From Candidatus Aminicenantes bacterium (GTDB taxonomy: Bacteria > Acidobacteriota > Aminicenantia > Aminicenantales > Aminicenantaceae): DNA of 25,666 nt. Where the stretch lies: positions 1-25,666 of the forward strand of contig JAUWVG010000001.1 of the NCBI GenBank assembly GCA_030617525.1, written 5' to 3'. Positions 1-6,940 of the stretch are shown here, in pieces. Below the pieces are notes generated by a model that was not told the DNA's origin, did not search any database, and saw nothing but the letters and a program-made list of their open reading frames with translations. The position numbers and the translations under genes were made by a program. Position 1 is the first letter of the stretch. Each line of letters starts with the position of its first letter.

Positions 1-510
1 GGGCCGTTCGATAATTTTTCTGCTGAAATTCTGCCTTCTGCCCGGCATTGAAAATCCTTCTTCATAGATTCCAGATCTGAGGAAATCGATGACTGCAAAA
101 AGATATCATCAAGGGATTCCCTAATGCTCTGGGAAAAATAGTCATACTGCGCCCTCTCCAGCTTCCAGTTACCCTGCAGCAAAGCTTTGTACAAATCAAC
201 AAATGTTTGCCCTGCACTGGATGGATTTTCCAGTAAAAGAAACAGAGAACCGGTTTCCAAACGTGCAGCTATTCCCAACGGAATGCCTGTCGAAAGTCTC
301 TCCTGTCCGTATTCTTTGGTCACAACTTTGTAGGTATCTATTGCTTCTTGGAACAGTGAAGATTTTTTCTGAACTCTCGCCGCTGCGTTCAGTAATTCTC
401 CTTTAATCCTGCTGTTTGAGGCCAACATGAAGGCTTGTTGATAGTAAGAGAGGGCCGTTCGATAATTTTTCTGCTGAAATTCTGCCTTCTGCCCGGCATT
501 GAAAATCCTT
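1..510. repeat. Exact 59-bp direct repeat (1-59 = 452-510), period 451 bp
   Basis: gggccgttcgataatttttctgctgaaattctgccttctgcccggcattgaaaatcctt occurs at both positions; the left copy may extend beyond the window. Confidence 0.95.
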
Positions 511-929
511 GACAGATCAGATGATAAAGGAGGAGGAGTGAGAGATTTAATGCTTCCATCGGCAACATACAAGAGTTTTACTGCTGGAAATTGAATTCCT
601 GCCTGGTTTTCGAAACTAAAGGGCTCTTTAACCAGAAAATTTTGATCTTTATACGTATTGAGTTTCTGATTAAGAGCAGAAGTCTCCGATGTTGGAACCT
701 CAACAATCAATTCTATGAAGGACTGTTCAGTTTGAGATATCCTGTTTTCAATCTCTGAGATTATGACCTCCGCTATATTCTGGAGTTCTTCACGCTTCTC
801 CTTTTCCAGAAGCGCTTGATCATTCCGTATTCCCCGAAAAGCCAGGTAACCCAGCAATAGACTCGGAACCCCGACTCCAAGGATAAAAAGGAATAGAATC
901 CTGAACTGTTTTTGTTTGAGCCGCTTCAT
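3..929 (-). CDS. HK1: N-terminal part of a sensor histidine kinase paralogous to HK2-HK5 (partial, runs off the window; bases 1-59 are out-of-frame duplicated sequence)
   Basis: Hand translation from ATG at 929: MKRLKQKQFRILFLFILGVGVPSLLLGYLAFRG (TM1, like HK2 IFLLAIFLPTLIVGYLSF and HK3 IFFVVVFLPSIFLAFFG), then TPR-like AGQKAEFQQKNYRTALSYYQQAF...LLNAAARVQKK...EAIDTYKVVTKEYG...GIPLGIAARLE, matching the other HK sensor domains. No stop before the edge, hence absent from the ORF track. Confidence 0.85.
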   Translation of the reverse strand, partial: MKRLKQKQFRILFLFILGVGVPSLLLGYLAFRGIRNDQALLEKEKREELQNIAEVIISEIENRISQTEQSFIELIVEVPTSETSALNQKLNTYKDQNFLVKEPFSFENQAGIQFPAVKLLYVADGSIKSLTPPPLSSDLSRIFNAGQKAEFQQKNYRTALSYYQQAFMLASNSRIKGELLNAAARVQKKSSLFQEAIDTYKVVTKEYGQERLSTGIPLGIAARLETGSLFLLLENPSSAGQTFVDLYKALLQGNWKLERAQYDYFSQSIRESLDDIFLQSSISSDLESMKKDFQCRAEGRISAEKLSNG

Positions 930-971
930 CTTTTGTTGGATTGAAAACTTTCTTCTAAATATCCCTGTCTA

Positions 972-1000
972 AATATATTTTGGAACAAGACGAAAAGCAA
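972..1000 (-). promoter_or_regulatory. Putative sigma70-type promoter of HK1
   Basis: Minus strand TTGCTT (1000-995), 17-bp spacer, TATATT (977-972), about 40 bp upstream of the HK1 ATG. Confidence 0.45.
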
Positions 1001-1079
1001 GGCTGTAAAATGGAGAAACACCCATTACATAAAAAGTGTGTCTGAAAAATCACTAAAAATGATGAAACTCGTGCAACGT

Positions 1080-1100
1080 TTGTGTGAAGATTGTGTGAAG
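1080..1100 (-). promoter_or_regulatory. Perfect 10-bp direct repeat, 11-bp period; putative OmpR-family binding site for the C1 unit
   Basis: TTGTGTGAAG at 1080-1089 and 1091-1100 (minus CTTCACACAA x2, plus a weak third copy CGTTGCACGA), upstream of HK1, where the other units carry their repeats. Confidence 0.6.
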
Positions 1101-1104
1101 TATA

Positions 1105-1377
1105 TTATTTTATTGAAAAATAGATTTCCTTTCGGTGTCCAATTCTTATGATTATGATGAGAAAAAACTCTTTTTCTTTTTTGAAAATCACCCTGTAGCT
1201 TCCGACTCTTAATCTGTATAAATCTTCTTTAACCCCGCTCAATCTTTTTATGTTGTTTTTTAGAACTTCGGGATTCTTGGCCAGTATGAGAAGTTTTTCC
1301 TTCATGATTTTTTGTTGGGCTCTATTGATTTTTTCTAGATCCTCTAGAGCTTTTCCAAGAAATTTGAGCTTATACAT
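1105..1377 (-). CDS. relE: Type II toxin, RelE/StbE family (90 aa)
   Basis: MYKLKFLGKALEDL start, YRLRVGSYRVIF and IGHRKEIY motifs typical of RelE mRNA interferases. Start reassigned from 1401 to ATG 1377, 2 bp after the antitoxin stop. Confidence 0.9.
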   Translation of the reverse strand: MYKLKFLGKALEDLEKINRAQQKIMKEKLLILAKNPEVLKNNIKRLSGVKEDLYRLRVGSYRVIFKKEKEFFLIIIIRIGHRKEIYFSIK

Positions 1378-1379
1378 CT

Positions 1380-1604
1380 TTACATTCCGAGCTTCTTCCA
1401 AACCTCCTCTGCATCAATAAGTTTATCGCGGCCCTTTTCCAACTCTTTCATTCGCTTCTCTGCAAGCTTGATATCCAAAAGATCAAAATATACGGTGAGA
1501 GCCTTTTCTATGATTTTACTCTTTTTTTCACCCAACTCTTCAGCCATAGTCTCGAGCTCATTAGAAACTTCTTCATCGAGTGTGATGTTATGTCTTGTCT
1601 GCAT
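1380..1604 (-). CDS. Type II antitoxin, ribbon-helix-helix (CopG/RelB-like) (74 aa)
   Basis: MQTRHNITLDEEVSNELETMAEELGEKKSKIIEKAL (beta-strand plus two helices) and C-terminal IDAEEVWKKLG; AGGAGG 6 nt before ATG 1604; directly upstream of relE. Confidence 0.85.
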   Translation of the reverse strand: MQTRHNITLDEEVSNELETMAEELGEKKSKIIEKALTVYFDLLDIKLAEKRMKELEKGRDKLIDAEEVWKKLGM

Positions 1605-1629
1605 ATCAAACCTCCTATTCAAGCATCTC

Positions 1630-1666
1630 TATACACATATTATACACATTATATGTGTCATCTCAA
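1630..1666 (-). promoter_or_regulatory. Toxin-antitoxin promoter with overlapping operator repeats
   Basis: TTGAGA (1666-1661), 16 bp, TATAAT (1644-1639). It is overlapped by the inverted repeat ACACATAT (1633-1640)/ATATGTGT (1651-1658) and the direct repeat TATACACAT (1630-1638, 1641-1649), typical of antitoxin autorepression. Confidence 0.7.
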
Positions 1667-1796
1667 CATAAAAGAGAGGTTATCTGGAAAGAAAATTTTG
1701 ACCTCCTGTGAAAAATTCATTTTCTTTATAGAAGACGTCACGAAACTGAAAATTTCTCATAACGAACAATTTGTTGAAGATTTTAGAGTTGTCAAT

Positions 1797-1834
1797 AAAA
1801 AAAGGGACGGCCCCCCCCTAAAAGAGCCGTCCCT
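1797..1834 (-). terminator. Intrinsic terminator after P2
   Basis: Perfect 9-bp stem AGGGACGGC (1803-1811)/GCCGTCCCT (1826-1834) followed by a T-run on the minus strand. Confidence 0.85.
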
Positions 1835-1855
1835 ATCAATCCCCCATTTGCGGGC

Positions 1856-3925
1856 TTATTTATTGTCTTTTTTCGTGGGAAGGAAGTTTTCCACCAGCCA
1901 GTATTCAACTTTTCCTTGCTTCCTCTTTGCATAAGCGATCTTTTTACCGTCGGGAGAGAAATCAGGTGAAAATCCTTCAATATTCATCATTTTAATCTCC
2001 CCTCCGTCGGAAGGAACTGAATATATTTGCTCTTTGTTCTTTGTAAGCTTTGAGAAAATAATCGTCTTCCCATCTGGTGACCAACTCAAATGGGTGCCAC
2101 CCCCTTTCATTTTCTCAGTAATCGACCCGGGTTCACCATCGGGAAATTCACAAACCCAAATCTCCTCAGACTCTTTACCTTCATTATCGGCAAACCAATC
2201 TATAGAATGAAAAGCCAGTCGTTTTCCGTCCGGCGACCAACGAGGGAATCTAAAACTCTGGCCGCTTTTCTCAATCAGCGTAATTCTCTGAGGTGCTCCG
2301 CCCTTAAATGGTATCACGTAGATATCTTTTTCAAATGTTCTTGCGCCCTCTATAGTATTTCCTTCTTTGGAGCCGATGTAATCAAAGGCGATATAAGCTC
2401 CATCGGGTGATACATCACATTTTTCAACCCACATATCGAAGCCAAATTCCAATTTTTGCGGCACTCCTCCTTCGACAGGAACTGTCCAGATGCCTCGATT
2501 ACCATAACCAATAAAGCCTCCAAATATTAGCTCTTTTCCACCTGGCAGCCATGAGGGTCTTGTAATATATCGGCTTTCATTCGGATTAGACACACTTATC
2601 GTAAGTTTTCTAGCTTCTCCTCCTTCTGTTGGTATCATCAATAAATCCGCTGCATCCCGAAAAGAGATGAATGCGATCTGCCGGCCATCCGGAGACCAAC
2701 GGGGATGTCTTTCTGGAGCCATGATGTTTGTGAGTTGAGTTTCTTTTCCTGTTTCGAGATCTTTAACAAAAATATTAGATCCGACTATACTCATGGAAAT
2801 TCCAATCTTTCCTTCTTTTACCCAGTTGTAAAAAGTGTTCCGCGAAGTAAGCCCCCGGGAAACTTGAATGGGCTCCCCCTCAGGATGTCCATCCGGAGAA
2901 ATTCTTATCACCCAAATTTCACTGGATCCACTTCTTGCGGAATAAAAGGAAATCCACTGCCCATCGAATGACCATTTAGGCCAACTGTCCGGAACGGGAT
3001 GATTTGTGACCTGAATTGATTTCCCACCTTTCAAAGGCATTGTGTAAATATCGTCATGAAATTCATAGGCTAAGAATTTACCGTCAGGTGATAAAGTCAG
3101 GAGTGAGAAATCTTCCCCAGTCTTTAGATCCGCATATTTAAAGATGTCTTTCCATTCTCCTCCTGAAACGGGAATGGCGCACAGACCTCTCTTTGACACC
3201 TCGCAGAGTATCATTTTACTGTCCGATGTCCATCCAGTAGGCCAGGCATATTTACCATCTTTTATGAAGTCTGAATCGGACTCAATGAGAGCCCTGGGGT
3301 CTCCTCCTTTTATGTGGACGACATACAGGCCGTTTAAAACATCAAGATAGGCAATTGTCTCACTGTCCGGCGACCAGAAACACCAATATTTAAAACCCGG
3401 AGTTTTTGTGAGACGTGTCTCTTTACCGCTTGCTATCTCTCTCATCCAGATGTCGTCTTCTTCCCCTACCAAGGCCAACTTTTTGCCATCCGGAGAAATG
3501 AAGCCGTAGGCTTTCTCCGTGCTCTCGTAGATCTTTGTAACGATGTGTTCTTCAACTCCTTTTTCGACCAGCTCTTTTGCTTTCAGCAGAACAGACAGTT
3601 TCTCTTTTGCCATTTTGACAGCTTCAGTTTGCTCTGGATAATTTTCTACAACATTCTGGTAAGCCTTTTGCGCTTCCTTCAGCCCCATTTTTTCATAACA
3701 GAGACCGATATAAAGCTGAGATTGGGCAGCGTATTGCCGCTCGTCCGGATATTTTTCTAAAATTTCACTGAAAAGTTTGATGGCCTCCTGGAGATCTCCC
3801 TTTGTCTCCATAGTGAATTTGGCTTTTTCGAAAAGCACTTTATGGTCCTGTGAATTCTGAAATCCGAAACCCACAGATAGAGCCAAAAGAACCACAAAGA
3901 GAAAAAGAGTCTTCTTACTGCACAT
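1856..3925 (-). CDS. P2: exported TPR + PD40/TolB-like beta-propeller protein (689 aa)
   Basis: Signal-like N-terminus MCSKKTLFLFVVLLALSVGFG; TPR helices (GDLQEAIKLFSEILEKYP, AQLYIGLCYEKMG-like); repeated WSPDG/SPDG motifs; ends YWLVENFLPTKKDNK. GGAGG 7 nt before ATG 3925 is preferred over the track start at 3955. Confidence 0.9.
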   Translation of the reverse strand: MCSKKTLFLFVVLLALSVGFGFQNSQDHKVLFEKAKFTMETKGDLQEAIKLFSEILEKYPDERQYAAQSQLYIGLCYEKMGLKEAQKAYQNVVENYPEQTEAVKMAKEKLSVLLKAKELVEKGVEEHIVTKIYESTEKAYGFISPDGKKLALVGEEDDIWMREIASGKETRLTKTPGFKYWCFWSPDSETIAYLDVLNGLYVVHIKGGDPRALIESDSDFIKDGKYAWPTGWTSDSKMILCEVSKRGLCAIPVSGGEWKDIFKYADLKTGEDFSLLTLSPDGKFLAYEFHDDIYTMPLKGGKSIQVTNHPVPDSWPKWSFDGQWISFYSARSGSSEIWVIRISPDGHPEGEPIQVSRGLTSRNTFYNWVKEGKIGISMSIVGSNIFVKDLETGKETQLTNIMAPERHPRWSPDGRQIAFISFRDAADLLMIPTEGGEARKLTISVSNPNESRYITRPSWLPGGKELIFGGFIGYGNRGIWTVPVEGGVPQKLEFGFDMWVEKCDVSPDGAYIAFDYIGSKEGNTIEGARTFEKDIYVIPFKGGAPQRITLIEKSGQSFRFPRWSPDGKRLAFHSIDWFADNEGKESEEIWVCEFPDGEPGSITEKMKGGGTHLSWSPDGKTIIFSKLTKNKEQIYSVPSDGGEIKMMNIEGFSPDFSPDGKKIAYAKRKQGKVEYWLVENFLPTKKDNK

Positions 3926-3963
3926 GATGTGACCTCCTGCCGGTGATTTTTTCATCTTCCAGC

Positions 3964-4026
3964 AATATAGCCATTTCCTAAGCTGATGTTGTCAAACAAA
4001 AGTCAAAGAATGTAAAAGATTGTCAT
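3964..4026 (-). promoter_or_regulatory. P2 promoter: four phased TT(G/T)AC(A/T) repeats plus -10
   Basis: Minus strand ATGACA (4026-4021), TTTACA (4016-4011), TTGACT (4006-4001), TTGACA (3995-3990); periods 10, 10, 11; TATATT (3969-3964) 20 bp after the last repeat. Confidence 0.7.
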
Positions 4027-4712
4027 TTCCCAAGGAAACGATATCCTTCCCCGTAGACCGAAAGAATGTACTTAGGTCGGGATGGATCCTCTTCGACTTT
4101 TTTCCTCAATTTCAGGATATGATTGTCGATAGTCCGGGTGGTTGGAAATTTCTCATAACCCCAGATCTTGTCGAGAAGCACATCCCTTTTCACCACTTCT
4201 CCCTTGTGAGCGATAAAATATTTAAGAATCTCGGCCTCAAGGGACGTCAAATCCGACTCCTTCCCTCTCCGTCTGATCTTAAAGAAGGTAAAATCGATTT
4301 CCAGATCTTCCAGGCGATAGATATCAGGAACTCTTTTATTCTCCCGCGTCTCCCTCCGGAGATGGGCTTTGATCCGGGCCAGGAGCTCGCGGATGCTGAA
4401 GGGTTTGGTCATATAGTCGTCGGCACCGATCTCGAGTCCTACCACTTTATCCACTTCTTCTCCCTTGGCTGTGAGCATAATGATGGGGGTACTGATATTC
4501 TTCTTTCTCAACTCCCGGCATACCTCCAGTCCGTCCATTTTTGGAAGCATAATGTCCAGGATAATCAAATCCGGGATTTCTTCCTGTGCTTTCAAAAGAC
4601 CTTTCGAACCGTCATCAGCCCAGATCACTTCATATCCCTCATCGATGAAGTTGAGTCTCAGCCCTTTCACAAGATCTTGTTCGTCTTCGATAATGAGAAT
4701 TTTCTTTTTCAT
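4023..4712 (-). CDS. RR2: OmpR/PhoB-family response regulator (229 aa)
   Basis: Receiver ILIIEDE...LIILDIMLPKMDG...LTAK...GADDYMTKPF; winged helix RTIDNHILKLRKK...SVYGEGY. Confidence 0.97.
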   Translation of the reverse strand: MKKKILIIEDEQDLVKGLRLNFIDEGYEVIWADDGSKGLLKAQEEIPDLIILDIMLPKMDGLEVCRELRKKNISTPIIMLTAKGEEVDKVVGLEIGADDYMTKPFSIRELLARIKAHLRRETRENKRVPDIYRLEDLEIDFTFFKIRRRGKESDLTSLEAEILKYFIAHKGEVVKRDVLLDKIWGYEKFPTTRTIDNHILKLRKKVEEDPSRPKYILSVYGEGYRFLGK

Positions 4713-4716
4713 TGCC

Positions 4717-6816
4717 CTAATCCTCTAATGTTTCGGAAACCGGAATGTACACGGAAAAAACAGAACCCTTTTCCGGCTCGCTGTCTACACAAATCTCTCC
4801 GCCATGCGCCTCGACTATATGTTTGACCAAGGTCAATCCCAAACCGCTTCCCTTACTCTCAGAGGTCGTCCGATTCTGCAGGCGGTAAAATCTCTCAAAA
4901 ATCCTCGATCTAGCCTCAGGGGAAATCCCAATTCCACGGTCAGCAACTTGGAATCCGATACAATCATCCTTCCTGTAGACCGTTACTCTCACCTCTTTTT
5001 TCTCAGGGGAAAACTTCATGGCATTGCTCAGCAGATTGATCAGCACACTGGCTATGGCCTCCTTATCAAAAACAATATCAGGAAGGTCAGAGGAAATCTC
5101 TTCTACAATTGAAAACCCCTTCTTTTCAAGATGGTAGCGGTAGGATTCTAAAGTATTCTGGATAACATTAGCCAGGTTTCCCTTTTTAAAGTCAAACTCT
5201 TTCCTGCCCATCTCAATCCTGGAAAAATCGAGGATATTGTTGATCATATGGGATAATCGCTCGCTCTCTTTGGTGATGATCTCATAGGCTTCGCGCCTGT
5301 CTTTATCGGATAGATTTTCCTTCCGCTGGAGGGTCTCACCGTAGAGTCGGATCAATGTCAGAGGTGTCTTCAGCTCGTGAGAAACATTATGAACAAATTC
5401 CGTTTTAAGCTGCGTTGTTTCTGTTTCTCTGGATACATCGCGGACAATCAGCAGAACACCTATAAACATAAGGACGATGATGACACCAAGCAGGATCCCG
5501 TAGAAGAACTTCTCACGTCGAGCGGTTTTCTGCAGGTCATGGAAAGCATCCAAAGAAGCGATAAGCTTCCATGGCAGGAGAATATTCCGGAAGGACAGGG
5601 ACAGAGAATCCTTTGAGATCCCCCCCTCCTGTTCAGGGGATGTAATTCCGGTTTTTTCATCCAGGACAGACAGCAGAAGCCCTGAATCCTCTGAGATATC
5701 CTTTAATAATTCAGGCAGAACTTCTGACTTCAATAAATCCAAATCCCACACAAAACCTCCGAAAAATGTTTCGCCCGATTCCGTTGGAGGAAGAATACGA
5801 TAGGATATGAGCTGCAGATTCCCATTTGACGAAGTCAAGAATCGATCGGACTGGGATGTCTCTCCACTCCCATAAACACCTCTTCTCTCTCGAATCCTTG
5901 GAACAACATCGTTATTCAGGAAATCGATAATCTGCAATTCAAGGAGAAAGGATGATGGTAGGGCAATCAGGTTTTTATATTTTTCCCGCAATTCCGGAAA
6001 TTTCTGGTTTTCAAACGCTGGAACTAGAAGGGAATCTATTTCGGAAATGAAAAATCTAACTGAAGGAGAGTTCATAGGCCAATCTCCGTTCCACAGTTTT
6101 TTATAGGCATCGAGGAGTGTTTCTAATCCCTCTTCTTCTTTATTCTGATCTTTATGAATATCATATAGTTGAATCGACGCCACAAGGCCGTAGGGATGTC
6201 CAACCTTATTCCTCAGCTGCCCATAGTCCCGGGCTAGTTTATCGTAGGTGTCCCTGGCTCTATCGAAGTTTTTGGACAAGAGGAACGATCGGGCCAATCC
6301 TTCAAGAGAGAAGGCCTGATTCTGTCTTGATGTCGCAGCCTCAAAACTTTTCTGATAGTCTTCAGTCGCCTTCACATAATCCTTCAAGGAAAATTCGTAT
6401 CGACCAGCCCTCGAAAACAAGGTCTCAAACCGAGGTTCTGACAACGCCAAATCGATGGAATCAATTGATAATTCGAAGGATAAATATTTCGGGAACACGA
6501 TCTTATAATCCTCATCAAGGATGAAGTCTCCTCTTGCTAATTCTGTTGAATTCTCCAGGGTAGAAAATTTTTCCGGCCTGAGGGCCTGTTTCTCATACTC
6601 GAAAAGCCTGTCCTCGAGGGATTGGAGAGCGGCCTGACCTGAGGTCCAGAGACTGGACTCAAGAAGCCTGCTGACAGATTCCAGTCTCTTGGCAAAAGTG
6701 CTGAAACTCAGATACCCGACGATCAGGGTGGGAAGAAAGATAGCCAAGAGAAAAATGACAATAGTTTTCCTCTTGTGAATCATCCGCGGGAAAAACGGTT
6801 TTTTCGCTGACTTCAA
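4717..6816 (-). CDS. HK2: membrane sensor histidine kinase with TPR-like extracytoplasmic domain
   Basis: Two TM segments; H-box VSHELKTPL; N-box NLLSNAMKFS; DRGIGI, FERFYR, GSGLGL. The track start 6843 lies at the likely transcription start; TTG 6816 has GGAG 5 nt upstream and ATG 6783 is also possible. Confidence 0.95.
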   Translation of the reverse strand: MKSAKKPFFPRMIHKRKTIVIFLLAIFLPTLIVGYLSFSTFAKRLESVSRLLESSLWTSGQAALQSLEDRLFEYEKQALRPEKFSTLENSTELARGDFILDEDYKIVFPKYLSFELSIDSIDLALSEPRFETLFSRAGRYEFSLKDYVKATEDYQKSFEAATSRQNQAFSLEGLARSFLLSKNFDRARDTYDKLARDYGQLRNKVGHPYGLVASIQLYDIHKDQNKEEEGLETLLDAYKKLWNGDWPMNSPSVRFFISEIDSLLVPAFENQKFPELREKYKNLIALPSSFLLELQIIDFLNNDVVPRIRERRGVYGSGETSQSDRFLTSSNGNLQLISYRILPPTESGETFFGGFVWDLDLLKSEVLPELLKDISEDSGLLLSVLDEKTGITSPEQEGGISKDSLSLSFRNILLPWKLIASLDAFHDLQKTARREKFFYGILLGVIIVLMFIGVLLIVRDVSRETETTQLKTEFVHNVSHELKTPLTLIRLYGETLQRKENLSDKDRREAYEIITKESERLSHMINNILDFSRIEMGRKEFDFKKGNLANVIQNTLESYRYHLEKKGFSIVEEISSDLPDIVFDKEAIASVLINLLSNAMKFSPEKKEVRVTVYRKDDCIGFQVADRGIGISPEARSRIFERFYRLQNRTTSESKGSGLGLTLVKHIVEAHGGEICVDSEPEKGSVFSVYIPVSETLED

Positions 6817-6847
6817 CTTTGCTCCAAAATAAGCAGATATCAACTCA

Positions 6848-6889
6848 ATTATATCGAAGAAAACCCTTGAAATGTCAAAATAATGTAAA
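6848..6889 (-). promoter_or_regulatory. HK2 promoter: TTTACA-N5-TTGACA plus TATAAT
   Basis: TTTACA (6889-6884), TTGACA (6878-6873), 19-bp spacer, TATAAT (6853-6848); TTTTACATT.TTT is shared with the P2 promoter. Confidence 0.7.
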
Positions 6890-6917
6890 AAAAAGGACGG
6901 CCCACGAATGAGCTGTC
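6887..6917 (-). terminator. Intrinsic terminator after P3 (degenerate copy of the shared hairpin)
   Basis: Minus strand GACAGCTC-attcgt-GGGCCGTC (one mismatch, one G-U) followed by C and T8. Confidence 0.7.
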
Positions 6918-6940
6918 ATCAGCAACCGCCCTTTTGCGGC

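Noticed and set aside
1-510. 59-bp repeat as a CRISPR repeat or DGR template/variable pair
   Set aside because: Only two exact copies inside coding sequence, no spacers, no adenine-specific mismatches, and no cas or reverse transcriptase gene.
1856-3925. Calling the P genes tolB, DPP-IV or tricorn protease
   Set aside because: No tolQRA/pal context, no TolB N-terminal domain and no visible peptidase domain; only the repeat family is shared.
4020-4826. 268-aa plus-strand ORF, and the other plus-strand ORFs (e.g. 16115-16372, 21487-21900, 18538-18996)
   Set aside because: They lie antisense to well-supported genes, lack recognisable motifs and are typical shadow ORFs.
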